A stretch of 64,000 nt of DNA from Patescibacteria group bacterium (GTDB lineage: Bacteria > Patescibacteriota > JAHJAL01), in assembly GCA_049322675.1 (NCBI GenBank), contig JBMORM010000025.1, positions 64,520 through 128,519 on the forward strand, in the 5' to 3' direction. Below are positions 37,875-46,557 of this stretch, piece by piece; positions within the stretch are counted from its first letter, which is position 1, and every line of letters starts with the position of its first letter. The translations under genes were made by a program, and so were the position numbers. Below the pieces are notes generated by a model. That model saw only the letters and a list, made by a program, of their open reading frames with translations, ran no database searches and was not told where the DNA came from.

Positions 37875-37933
37875 GTTTGGAAATTGGTCATTGGAAATTT
37901 ATTGGAAATTGGAAACTGAAAATTGGAAATTAA
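37875..37933. repeat. Heptamer element, extra right arm beyond the four-helix-bundle gene
   Basis: Reverse complement matches left arm 37287-37345 at 52/59 by hand alignment. Confidence 0.75.
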
Positions 37934-37942
37934 TAAACAACT

Positions 37943-38947
37943 ATGTTTACAAAACTAAAAAAAATATTAATAAATGACGATCGCGGATCAGCGATCATCC
38001 TCGCTTTAATAATAATAGCTGCCTTGGCTACCACCGGTATCGGCGCGGCCCGTTTGACCAAATCCAATATCTCGCAAACCACCAGTTTTGAAGACGGTCT
38101 CAAGGCTTACTATGCGGCGGAAGCGGGGGTGGAGGCGGCGCTGCTGGAATGGCGGTTTGATCATGATGTGGAGTTTTGGAACGCGGACAAAGCGCGGACT
38201 TGTTACAACGCCGTCAAATCCAGCCCGGATACTTTGGATGATCCTAGTTGTGAGTTGGCCAAGATGACAAGGATTGTTAATCTGCAGGGGAAAGCGGGGG
38301 AGAACCCGGTGGATATTACGAACAATAAGTTTGATGCTGAGGGGAATGTTACCAATGAGGATTACAAGGGTCCGACCAATCAACCTTGGTATGAGTTGAA
38401 GATTTATTATCGAGATCCGAAGAGACCAATAATTGGCAATCAAGATAATCCCAAGGATTTGACAAAAAATCCTGTTTACATTGATAAAGATCAAACTTAT
38501 GAGGTTAAATTTCCAGTAAGTGATAATGTTAGAAGTTTATATTTGCAATGGGCAAATAAAAATAATCCTGATGTTACAAAATTAATGTGGCATCCCATAG
38601 CTGAAAAGAATGGACAGGATACAATAATTGATATGGCGGCAAATAGATATTATAGCCAAGACTTTGAGTATAATTTTCCTGTAATAGTTGATAGTAATTA
38701 TTCTTCGGGCTTAAAAAGTCTGAGAGTTAAATGTTTATCTGACAATCAGGGAGTATATTTATCTTTATATGCTGAAGACGAGAATTTTGAGGTTGTCCAT
38801 TTACCTACTGATGAAGTGAATATTGAAGTGGTTGGACATTATAATAATACGGAAAGAAAAATTACTTATAAATTATCCAGACAGGCAGGTACCATTATGG
38901 ATATTTTTGATTTTGGAGTATTTTCTCAGAGTAGTTTAAGAAAATAA
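37943..38947 (+). CDS. Minor pilin, PilX-like
   Basis: DRG/SAIILALII (no Glu5), KAYYAAEAGVEAAL. Confidence 0.82.
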   Translation: MFTKLKKILINDDRGSAIILALIIIAALATTGIGAARLTKSNISQTTSFEDGLKAYYAAEAGVEAALLEWRFDHDVEFWNADKARTCYNAVKSSPDTLDDPSCELAKMTRIVNLQGKAGENPVDITNNKFDAEGNVTNEDYKGPTNQPWYELKIYYRDPKRPIIGNQDNPKDLTKNPVYIDKDQTYEVKFPVSDNVRSLYLQWANKNNPDVTKLMWHPIAEKNGQDTIIDMAANRYYSQDFEYNFPVIVDSNYSSGLKSLRVKCLSDNQGVYLSLYAEDENFEVVHLPTDEVNIEVVGHYNNTERKITYKLSRQAGTIMDIFDFGVFSQSSLRK

Positions 38948-38963
38948 ATAAAATTGGGCAAAT

Positions 38964-38992
38964 AAAAAGCCTTGGGCAAGGGGGCCCAAGGC
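38964..38992. terminator. Intrinsic terminator between convergent pilX-like and lipoprotein genes
   Basis: gccttgggc/gcccaaggc stem with U-tract on the minus strand. Confidence 0.7.
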
Positions 38993-39056
38993 ACAAATTT
39001 TAAATCTATATTTTTATATAGATTTTTATTTTTGTTTTGAGGAGAAAAGCAGGGGA

Positions 39057-40538
39057 TTAGTAAGTGTCGTTATTAAATGATGAAATGTTAATATTGTCTA
39101 TTTCTGTTTGGACAATTTTATTATCATCTGTTAGCGCGAAGCCTGTGGAGTTTTGGCATGAAATTTTGTATTTAAGTTCTTTTGTAGTGTTGTCAATTAC
39201 TATTAGAAAATAGTTATTGTCAACTATGTTTTTTCCTACAATTAAGGTGTAACTGTTAAAGATGTTGATAGGACCATATGAATAAGTGTCTGGGTAGTTG
39301 TTACCATATTTATGGCTCCAAGTTCCTAATTTATTGAATACATCGATTTCATGATTTGTTGTATCTGACACATAAATGTTGTCAGAATCTACACATAATG
39401 ATTGAGGAATGGATAGTTTATCACTGCCGAAACTGTTGACTCTATTTCCAGTAAGATTAAATACCTCAACTTCACTTGTTGTTGCATTAATTCCAAAAAT
39501 ATCGTCTCCAATGATGTCTATATCACGTAAGTTAGGAGAGTAATTGTTCCCATCTTTTTTTATTATGACGGTAGATTCATAATTTCCGGTGTTGTCTAGG
39601 ATAAATAGTTTCCCGATACCAGCTACGTAGATTTTATCTTGGGACCCATCGGGAAAGGATGTGTTGTAATATATCGCTATACCGATTGCTGATGGCGAAC
39701 CACCAGGTATTATTGTGTCTTTCACTATTTTTCTATAAGTGGCAGAATCTGGATCTGTGTCTATGACATATACACTACTTCCTGCTGCAATAAATCCTTT
39801 TTTCTTGTATATTTCGATATCATTAGGTCTCTTCGTAATTTGTGTTTCAATTAAGAAATTGGAGTGTTGCAACGATAGGTGAGGGTATGGTCCAGGCAAT
39901 GGAGTATTTGTCGCCGTAGGCACAGGAATGGTATTTGTTGCCGTCGGAACCACAACATTGGTCGGTGTCGCCGTAGGCGGCACCGGTGTCGGGGTTCCTG
40001 GCCCGACTGTATTTGTCGGTGTAGGTGTCAATGTAGGTCCACCCGGCGTCACCGTCGGGGTCGGAGTCAAAGTCGGACCGCCCGGTGTAACCGTGGCGGT
40101 TGGAGTCGCTGTTGCGACTCCATTTTGTCCGTCGATAATCAGCGATGTTGTTTCGGAATTTGAGGTTGAAAAAGAAGTTGCTCCAACCGTAACTCCGGAG
40201 GAATTTTTTGATGTTACATCATAGTTTGAGTCTCTTGGAAGATCTTTTGTTGCGGTTCCTTCCACATTTAAATTCACCACAACTACTGCCTGTCCTTCAA
40301 TTATTTTTCCAGACGAATCCTTTTTAAGTATTTCCAGAGTTCCGTTATCGAGAACGGGATTTTTTGTAATAAAAAATACTCTGGTCATATCCGAATTAGG
40401 TGGAAAATCGATGGTTGGAACAGCCGTGGGCTGTATTGGATTGGGGTCTAATGCCCCACCTCCGCCACAACCGACTGCAACTCCAAGAGCCAACAAGAAA
40501 AAACTAAGAAAAAAATATCTAAAAAAAGCCTTTTTCAC
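39057..40538 (-). CDS. Lipoprotein with Pro/Thr linker and C-terminal NHL/beta-propeller domain
   Basis: VAVG-C lipobox, (PTATP/TVTPGGPTLTP)n, IYVSDTTNHEIDVFN. Confidence 0.78.
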   Translation of the reverse strand: MKKAFFRYFFLSFFLLALGVAVGCGGGGALDPNPIQPTAVPTIDFPPNSDMTRVFFITKNPVLDNGTLEILKKDSSGKIIEGQAVVVVNLNVEGTATKDLPRDSNYDVTSKNSSGVTVGATSFSTSNSETTSLIIDGQNGVATATPTATVTPGGPTLTPTPTVTPGGPTLTPTPTNTVGPGTPTPVPPTATPTNVVVPTATNTIPVPTATNTPLPGPYPHLSLQHSNFLIETQITKRPNDIEIYKKKGFIAAGSSVYVIDTDPDSATYRKIVKDTIIPGGSPSAIGIAIYYNTSFPDGSQDKIYVAGIGKLFILDNTGNYESTVIIKKDGNNYSPNLRDIDIIGDDIFGINATTSEVEVFNLTGNRVNSFGSDKLSIPQSLCVDSDNIYVSDTTNHEIDVFNKLGTWSHKYGNNYPDTYSYGPINIFNSYTLIVGKNIVDNNYFLIVIDNTTKELKYKISCQNSTGFALTDDNKIVQTEIDNINISSFNNDTY

Positions 40539-40833
40539 AAAACATCATCCTTTCATTCGAAAAATTCTGCCAACCAATCCAGGGGCTGGCTGTTCTGGGT
40601 CACATGAAACACCGCTGTGTAACTTTTTTCTGTTTCCTCGAAGACTTTCGGAAATCCGTCTGTTGAGGAAAAGAAAAAAATAATTGTTAGAAAAATCATC
40701 AAGAAGACTTTTTTCAACTTTTCTCACATCCCTTCTTTTTGTTTATTTAAAAAATTTTAATTTAATACAAAAATTTTGGCTTCTTGTCTTTTTTTAATTT
40801 TTGACAAAGAAACCGAGAAATAGACAGAATATT

Positions 40834-40958
40834 AATTTCCAGTTTCCAATTTCCAAGTTCCAAAGAATTTCCAATGATCAATTTCTAAACCTTTTTGATA
40901 TATCCGAATATTTTAACGATATATTGTTTGAAAATTGAGAATTGAAAATTGGAAATTG
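40834..40958 (-). repeat. Heptamer palindromic element, core A in reverse orientation
   Basis: Reverse-complement core caaacaatatatcgttaaaatattcggata. Confidence 0.75.
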
Positions 40959-41237
40959 CATTTCTGTCTGTTTCCCGGTTCCCTTGTCGTTGTTAAAGTG
41001 CGCACATTTTCCCACTTCAATTATACCTCGATTATTAACAAATATATATGTTGACAAAATGTGCAAAATATTTATTTGTAATAATTGCTGGGGTTTAATA
41101 ATATATTCACTGCAAAATGTGGGTTTTGTTCTTCACGGCTAGAACTGTATCAGAAGATCAGATTTCGGGCAAGGGTTTTTGGAGATAAAAAATGCTATCA
41201 GTAAAAATACTAATAGCAAAATATTATGAAGTTATAT

Positions 41238-41420
41238 TTATGTATTTGGTTTTATTTGATTAACTTTGATCTGAACTATAACTTCAAATTCTGAATTTTC
41301 GTGTTCGAACTTGGAAATGAAGTGTTTGATAACTTCTTTTTCTTTGTCGTTTCCATCTTTTCTAACCACTTTTAATTCTTTTATCTTTTCAGCGTCAAGA
41401 ATTGGTAAACATTTTGACAA
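41238..41420 (-). CDS. Small peptide 2, candidate RiPP precursor (60 aa)
   Basis: SD aaggag 9 nt before TTG; MSKCLPILDAEKIKELKVVRK... paralogous to 41494-41598. Confidence 0.6.
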   Translation of the reverse strand: MSKCLPILDAEKIKELKVVRKDGNDKEKEVIKHFISKFEHENSEFEVIVQIKVNQIKPNT

Positions 41421-41450
41421 ATCAATCATCTCCTTTTCAGGGTTTAATAT

Positions 41451-41486
41451 AAATAAACCCCGCAACGGAATTATTTCCGTGCGGGG
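41451..41486 (-). terminator. Intrinsic terminator-like hairpin between the two peptide genes
   Basis: ccccgcacggaa-ataa-ttccgttgcgggg-tttattt. Confidence 0.7.
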
Positions 41487-41493
41487 AAAAAGG

Positions 41494-41598
41494 TTATTTC
41501 TTTATATTTGTATCTGTGTTTTTCTGAGCTTTAACCTTTTTTTGGATTTTGATTTCCTTTACCTTGTTTTGATCAAGGCTTGATTTACACTTGGACAT
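41494..41598 (-). CDS. Small peptide 1, candidate RiPP precursor (34 aa)
   Basis: SD aaggaggtgg before ATG; MSKCKSSLDQNKVKEIKIQKKVKAQKNTDTNIKK; overlaps end of YkgJ gene; below ORF-track cutoff. Confidence 0.65.
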   Translation of the reverse strand: MSKCKSSLDQNKVKEIKIQKKVKAQKNTDTNIKK

Positions 41599-42142
41599 CC
41601 GTTTCCACCTCCTTTACTATCTGGTAGTTATTCTTTTCGGTTGAAGTAGTTAGAAAAAACATTTTTCGAAATGTTGAGGCGATATTACTCATGAGGGTTG
41701 GTTGTATTCTCTCGATGAGATTTTTTGTAGTTTGAATAAAATGTGAAAAAGTATTTTCTACTATTTTATTTTGGATAAATAGGCAGTCGGTGTGTATGAC
41801 CCAATAAAGTTTGTCATCCTCGCATTCAAGACCTAGTGGATATGAGTGACAAACGAATGGTCTTTGGTCGTAGATTTGACAGTCTCTGTCATTTTGACAT
41901 AGACTGCACTTTGGGTATTTTTTATAGAGATTGGCTTGATAATTTTGCGGTGCGATGAAATTGGCTTCGTTATTAATATTCAAAATTTCTGCGCCAGTTT
42001 CATATATTTGATCAATCTCTTCATCTAATAACCAAATAAAACCCATGCAATCGGGAAAATTACACTTTTGGCAACAGTCCATGTCAGACATTAATTTATC
42101 AAATTCTTGGTTTAATTCAGTTAAGGAATTAATTGCGTTCAA
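41585..42142 (-). CDS. YkgJ-family cysteine-cluster (Fe-S/Zn) protein
   Basis: CCQKC...DC, C-x2-C...CQIYDQRPFVCHSYP; SD aaggaggtg then TTG at 42142. Confidence 0.8.
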   Translation of the reverse strand: MNAINSLTELNQEFDKLMSDMDCCQKCNFPDCMGFIWLLDEEIDQIYETGAEILNINNEANFIAPQNYQANLYKKYPKCSLCQNDRDCQIYDQRPFVCHSYPLGLECEDDKLYWVIHTDCLFIQNKIVENTFSHFIQTTKNLIERIQPTLMSNIASTFRKMFFLTTSTEKNNYQIVKEVETDVQV

Positions 42143-42155
42143 GAATGACACCTCC

Positions 42156-43517
42156 TTATATTGAATCCAGAGCTTCTATTTTGAATAGTTGATCGACGAA
42201 GAATCCGATGTCATCTTTTTCGACTTCATCCTGAAATAATTTGACTAAGTCAATTTCAGATTCAATGTGATTTTTAATTATTGTGTTAAACATGGCTAGG
42301 GCTTGATCATTTAGTTTAACCGTTTGGTATCTTGTTTTCAGAAATTTGTCATCATATTTTAAAATTAATTTGGTATATTTATTAATTTTAAAAAACCTAT
42401 TTGCCTGAAGGGAAGGTGGAGTTGTTATGACATTTTTTTTAGTTTCATGGTTTGAAATAAATTTTTTGTCGATATTTTCGTGGCGAACAGCATAGTCGAT
42501 GCAGAATTCATTTGAACAGTTTGTGTCGACTTTGCATCCGCAGCGACAATCATTGAGTAGTTTACAAGATTTGCATGGTTCGGTAACCCAACTTAGATCT
42601 CGAAAAATATCGAGATTCTTTTTTTGCCAGATTTTTTCTATCGGTTCTTCAAGGATGTTGCCAAATGATAGCTGAGATTGATTACACATTCTGACTTCAC
42701 CATCAGGATTAATGGCTGCGAAATAATCTCCAACTCCACAGTCGCAAGTCATGTTGTGTTCCAATAATCTTGAATCAAGACAGAAAGGTATGGCGGTTCC
42801 AAAACCGACTTTGCCTTTGAGTCCTTTAAAATCATCTCTGGCATTAATCATCTGGCCTAAGGCGATTCTGAATTGTTCTAAAGTTGGTCTGAGACGGTAT
42901 TTGTCGGATTGTTTTGCTCCAACTCCCCCGTCTTCGTATCTGTCGACAAAGATTGATTCCATGCCGAGGCTTTCAGCTAAGCCAATAATGTCGTAGATCT
43001 GATCGTAGTTGTATCCAGATAAAACAGGAATGCAGCGAACGTCAAATCCTTGCGAAACATAATATTTGGTATTTTCTATGATTTTAGGAAAACTTCCAGG
43101 GACCTGATTCAAAAACTCGTGTGTTTCTTGATTTCTGCCGTGCAAGGGAATGCCAATACAGGCTAATTTATTAGATAAACCATCCAGTTTAACAATTCCA
43201 TTTGTAACAATAGTTACTGAAGAATGATCGCTTAAAATATTGATGTATTCATTCAGTTTTTTTGTCCCAAGTAAACTAGGCTCTCCACCGATGAGATAAA
43301 CATGTGGTATCTGACTTTCTGCTATATTCTTTACAATCCGATCAATTATTCCAAAATCAATTTTTTGGGAACGATTTGGGTTATAGCAAAAAAGACATTT
43401 GCCGTTGCAGGCATATGTCGTTTCGATGTGACAGAGGTGAGGAATAGAGTCAAAAGAAATGTAATTTTCTGGATTGATATCTTTTGACTTGTAATCAGTT
43501 ACTCTGACGGTTTTCAA
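42156..43517 (-). CDS. Radical SAM/SPASM protein with C-terminal PqqD/RRE-like domain
   Basis: CNGKCLFC, GGEP, TNG; SPASM CGVG...INPDGEVRMC...CKSCKLLNDCRCGC; C-terminal KLNDQALAMF...DIGFFVDQL. Confidence 0.9.
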   Translation of the reverse strand: MKTVRVTDYKSKDINPENYISFDSIPHLCHIETTYACNGKCLFCYNPNRSQKIDFGIIDRIVKNIAESQIPHVYLIGGEPSLLGTKKLNEYINILSDHSSVTIVTNGIVKLDGLSNKLACIGIPLHGRNQETHEFLNQVPGSFPKIIENTKYYVSQGFDVRCIPVLSGYNYDQIYDIIGLAESLGMESIFVDRYEDGGVGAKQSDKYRLRPTLEQFRIALGQMINARDDFKGLKGKVGFGTAIPFCLDSRLLEHNMTCDCGVGDYFAAINPDGEVRMCNQSQLSFGNILEEPIEKIWQKKNLDIFRDLSWVTEPCKSCKLLNDCRCGCKVDTNCSNEFCIDYAVRHENIDKKFISNHETKKNVITTPPSLQANRFFKINKYTKLILKYDDKFLKTRYQTVKLNDQALAMFNTIIKNHIESEIDLVKLFQDEVEKDDIGFFVDQLFKIEALDSI

Positions 43518-43822
43518 ATTGTATCAGCTCCTTTTCTAGAAATTTCTATTATCTTGTCAAAATTATCATTTTGGGCAACTTTATTCTTTTTTTGATAATT
43601 GCATTTGACACATTGATGAACAAGAATATAGTTTCCATTTTTTGATTCAATGGATATTGGTCTCATGAGAGATTGACAATTTGACATCCTGTCACCAGGG
43701 TTAATATCTACATGCTTACTGTGGAGACAGTTTGGACAATGATTGGTATAACCATTGCCGATAACTTTTTCTCCACAATGTTCGCAGGTAAAATTCTCTA
43801 TTTTTCGTTGAAATTTTTTCAT
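43514..43822 (-). CDS. RNHCP-domain zinc-binding protein
   Basis: FTCEHCG...TNHCPNCLHSKHVDINPGDR...HQCVKC. Confidence 0.9.
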   Translation of the reverse strand: MKKFQRKIENFTCEHCGEKVIGNGYTNHCPNCLHSKHVDINPGDRMSNCQSLMRPISIESKNGNYILVHQCVKCNYQKKNKVAQNDNFDKIIEISRKGADTI

Positions 43823-43855
43823 TGCTTATAATTTACCTCCTATTTTTATTTTTGT

Positions 43856-43887
43856 AAAAAAAGAGCCCTAAACATTGTCTAGGTCTC
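43856..43887 (-). promoter_or_regulatory. Terminator-like hairpin in the operon leader (possible attenuator)
   Basis: gagacctagacaatgtttagggctc followed by T7, between promoter and SD. Confidence 0.55.
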
Positions 43888-43913
43888 AATTTTAAAGTTC
43901 GAAGTCTGATTGA

Positions 43914-43943
43914 ATTGTAATTTTTTTTTTGCATAGATGTCAA
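43914..43943 (-). promoter_or_regulatory. Sigma70-type promoter with A10 tract in the spacer
   Basis: TTGACA-tctatgc-A10-t-TACAAT, 18-nt spacer. Confidence 0.65.
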
Positions 43944-43973
43944 TAGGGAAGAGGATTTTATATTTTATTGTCA

Positions 43974-44456
43974 ATGGAGGTTGCAGTGGAGACAGAATGT
44001 GTATTTTGTAAAATTGTAAAAGGGGAGATACCATGTCATAAAATTTGGGAGGATGAGAAATATTTGGCGTTTTTGTCGATATTTCCGAATACTGATGGGT
44101 TTACGGTTGTAATATCAAAGGAACATTATCCCAGTTATGGATTTGATGTAGAAAATCAAGTATTGGTCGGGTTGTTGCTGGCATGCAAATCGGTGGCGAA
44201 ATTGATTGATAAAAATATGGACGATGTTGGTCGAACGGCGTTGATTATGGAAGGATTTGGGGTTGACCATTTGCACATGAAATTGTTTCCGATGCATGGG
44301 ACCAAGATGAAAGAGTGGAGACCAATTAATTTTTCTTCGGATAAGTATTTTGACAGATATGAGGGATATGTTTCTTCGCATGATTGCGAGAGAATTGACG
44401 ATGAAAAATTGGTGCAAATTGCTAGAAAAATAAGAGGAGAGATAAACGAAAATTAA
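43974..44456 (+). CDS. HIT family hydrolase
   Basis: CVFCKIVKGEIP, GFGVDHLHMKLFPMHG (variant HIT motif). Confidence 0.88.
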   Translation: MEVAVETECVFCKIVKGEIPCHKIWEDEKYLAFLSIFPNTDGFTVVISKEHYPSYGFDVENQVLVGLLLACKSVAKLIDKNMDDVGRTALIMEGFGVDHLHMKLFPMHGTKMKEWRPINFSSDKYFDRYEGYVSSHDCERIDDEKLVQIARKIRGEINEN

Positions 44457-44477
44457 TTATGTACTTGTTGGGATTAA

Positions 44478-44912
44478 TTATAAGTGAAATCCAAATTCGG
44501 TATATGTCGTTCCTTTTATGATTTCGTTGATTCCGACTGATACGTGATCAATCAGTGATGAAGGCAGATCAGAAGTATTAAACCACTTTATTTCACTGCA
44601 TTTTTCCGGCTCGTTGTTTGTGGCGGTTCCGGTCCATTTTTTGACTAGAAAGAAAACATAGATTCTTTCTCCGCGATCATCTTTGTGATGCATAAACAGA
44701 GGAGTTCCAAAATCGGAAATTTTGACAGATAAATTTACTTCCTCTTGTGCTTCTCTGATAGTAGCTTGTCTGATGGTTTCATTCTTTTCCAACCGTCCGG
44801 CCGGTACTGACCATTTGCTATCATTGAAGCCGGTATTGCATCGTTTTAATAATAGTATTGATTGGTTTTCGAGAAATATAATGTTGACGGCAAGGGGGAA
44901 ATTGTTGTTCAT
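44478..44912 (-). CDS. NUDIX hydrolase
   Basis: PAGRLEKNETIRQATIREAQEEVNL, NNEPEKC. Confidence 0.92.
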   Translation of the reverse strand: MNNNFPLAVNIIFLENQSILLLKRCNTGFNDSKWSVPAGRLEKNETIRQATIREAQEEVNLSVKISDFGTPLFMHHKDDRGERIYVFFLVKKWTGTATNNEPEKCSEIKWFNTSDLPSSLIDHVSVGINEIIKGTTYTEFGFHL

Positions 44913-44944
44913 GGTTTTTTTAGATAATTTTGATGAAATTTTAT

Positions 44945-44973
44945 GCAGGGGCGGGTTTCAAACCCGCCCCTAC
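44945..44973. repeat. GTAG-type REP-like palindrome
   Basis: gcaggggcgggtttcaaacccgcccctac. Confidence 0.75.
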
Positions 44974-44999
44974 GATGCAAAACCCACTGAAAATATTTA

Positions 45000-45242
45000 T
45001 TAGATTTTATCTTCCAAAACCTTAACTCGATGGACTAGGCGGTTGTGATCGATTTTATAGACGTAATTGTTTTTGGCAATTTGCAGATCCTGGATGTCGG
45101 TTTTCATGTCAGTGATGTCGATTTGTATTTGGTCGATTTTATGATTAATTTCTTCGAATTTTTTATCAAATTTTTTATCAACTTCACAGAAGCCGTTGGC
45201 GATCATACGGGCAAGTTGGTTGGTGGTGACTTTTTGGTTCAT
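45000..45242 (-). CDS. Small coiled-coil hypothetical protein
   Basis: LARMIANGF...RVKVLE heptad pattern. Confidence 0.65.
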   Translation of the reverse strand: MNQKVTTNQLARMIANGFCEVDKKFDKKFEEINHKIDQIQIDITDMKTDIQDLQIAKNNYVYKIDHNRLVHRVKVLEDKI

Positions 45243-45341
45243 AAATTTTTTTATTATGTATTTATTGTATAAAAATATATTAACAAATTGAAGGTTAAGA
45301 ATATTTTAGGAAATGATTAACATAATATTATATTTTATCCC

Positions 45342-45424
45342 GTAGGGGCGACCCTCGCGGTTGCCCTAATCGAGATTTAAGGTGGTTGTCTGATTTCCGT
45401 AGGGGCGGGTCGCGACCCGCCCCA
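45342..45424. repeat. Two GTAG-type REP-like palindromes
   Basis: gtaggggcgaccctcgcggttgccct and gtaggggcgggtcgcgacccgcccc. Confidence 0.72.
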
Positions 45425-45549
45425 TATTGAAAAAATGACAAGAAAAAAAGGCAATCTGTATTGGGACAGACGGCCTTTTGATGGTAATTTGTGTGAGAAG
45501 TTTTAGGGAATATTTGGAGTCAGAGCGTGGTATTGGAAAAATTAAATGG

Positions 45550-45966
45550 TTATTGGAAAATAACCACACTCTGATATTCCGACCGTTCCGGCGGAGCGTT
45601 TTCTCGTTGTGACTTGTCTAAATACAAGTCAATAACACAACTCGAAAACTCCTTCGGAACTTTTATGATATTATGGCCGGAGGGGTCCAAATTTCCCTCT
45701 TGTATTATCTGCAAGCTACTAGCGCTAGTGCTAGAATTTTTTACAGAAACAGTAAAATAGGTCACATTGGAAGAAGGTGCGTCGAACGCGACGCAAAAAT
45801 ATGGATCCGGAGTGGGGATGCTGACAACGTCAGCTTCACTCCGAAATCCTATCCCTCCTCCTCCGCAACCTACTACAAATAGAACAACGGCAAGAGTTAT
45901 TCCCCCACAATAAAAAAAGAGTGAGGGAAAATTGAATTTGGACTTGGGATTTCTCAGAAATTTCAC
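45550..45966 (-). CDS. Small lipoprotein (start uncertain)
   Basis: FVVG-CGGGG lipobox; SD aaggaggtg with in-frame GTG 45966 or CTG 45957. Confidence 0.55.
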   Translation of the reverse strand: MKFLRNPKSKFNFPSLFFYCGGITLAVVLFVVGCGGGGIGFRSEADVVSIPTPDPYFCVAFDAPSSNVTYFTVSVKNSSTSASSLQIIQEGNLDPSGHNIIKVPKEFSSCVIDLYLDKSQRENAPPERSEYQSVVIFQ

Positions 45967-46154
45967 CTCCTTTCCGGGTGAAATTTTCTCACACAAATTG
46001 TTAAAGAAATATTTCTTTTTCTTTTTATTTATGTGATTGATGATAACAAAAATAACCATATATGCAATGGTTATTTTTGTTTGGGGCGTTGCTAAAATTG
46101 CTGGTTTGTTTTATTTTATTAATATTATATTTGTTTATTAATAGTAGAAAAATT

Positions 46155-46421
46155 ATGTTGGATAAAAGACGATTTGGTTTCAAGAGAAGGTTGATGGGAA
46201 AGAGTAACTCATCAATGGTTGAGTATTCGAGAGTAAAATTTAAAGAGGGAAGTTTGGATGGGGCAACGGAAGATTATAGCAGTGTTGGTTCTTCGGTTTT
46301 GACAAAAGAAAGTAAGGAAAAAATCGATAAAAAAAGAATTAGATTCAGTAGTAAAAATGATAAGCAGAATATTATTGAAGAGGTGTTAAAAAAGATCAGA
46401 GAAATAGAGAATATTGAATAA
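46155..46421 (+). CDS. Small basic hypothetical protein
   Basis: ATG 46155, MLDKRRFGFKRRLMGK... Confidence 0.45.
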   Translation: MLDKRRFGFKRRLMGKSNSSMVEYSRVKFKEGSLDGATEDYSSVGSSVLTKESKEKIDKKRIRFSSKNDKQNIIEEVLKKIREIENIE

Positions 46422-46557
46422 TGGATAGTTTGTAAAAAGGTCGGGGTATTTATCCTGTCTTTTTTTGTTTTTTTATGTTTTATTTCGCGTGAAATGAGTT
46501 GACAATGTGAGAATATGATTATTATATTAAATCAAGTATATAAATTAATGTAAAATC

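Noticed and set aside
39900-40120. GC-rich stretch as an inserted element or a plus-strand gene
   Set aside because: Explained by the Pro/Thr/Gly linker codons of the minus-strand lipoprotein.
40545-40727. 60-aa ORF as a third RiPP precursor
   Set aside because: No MSKC-x3-LD motif, separated from the operon by about 500 nt and a repeat, and no other coding evidence.
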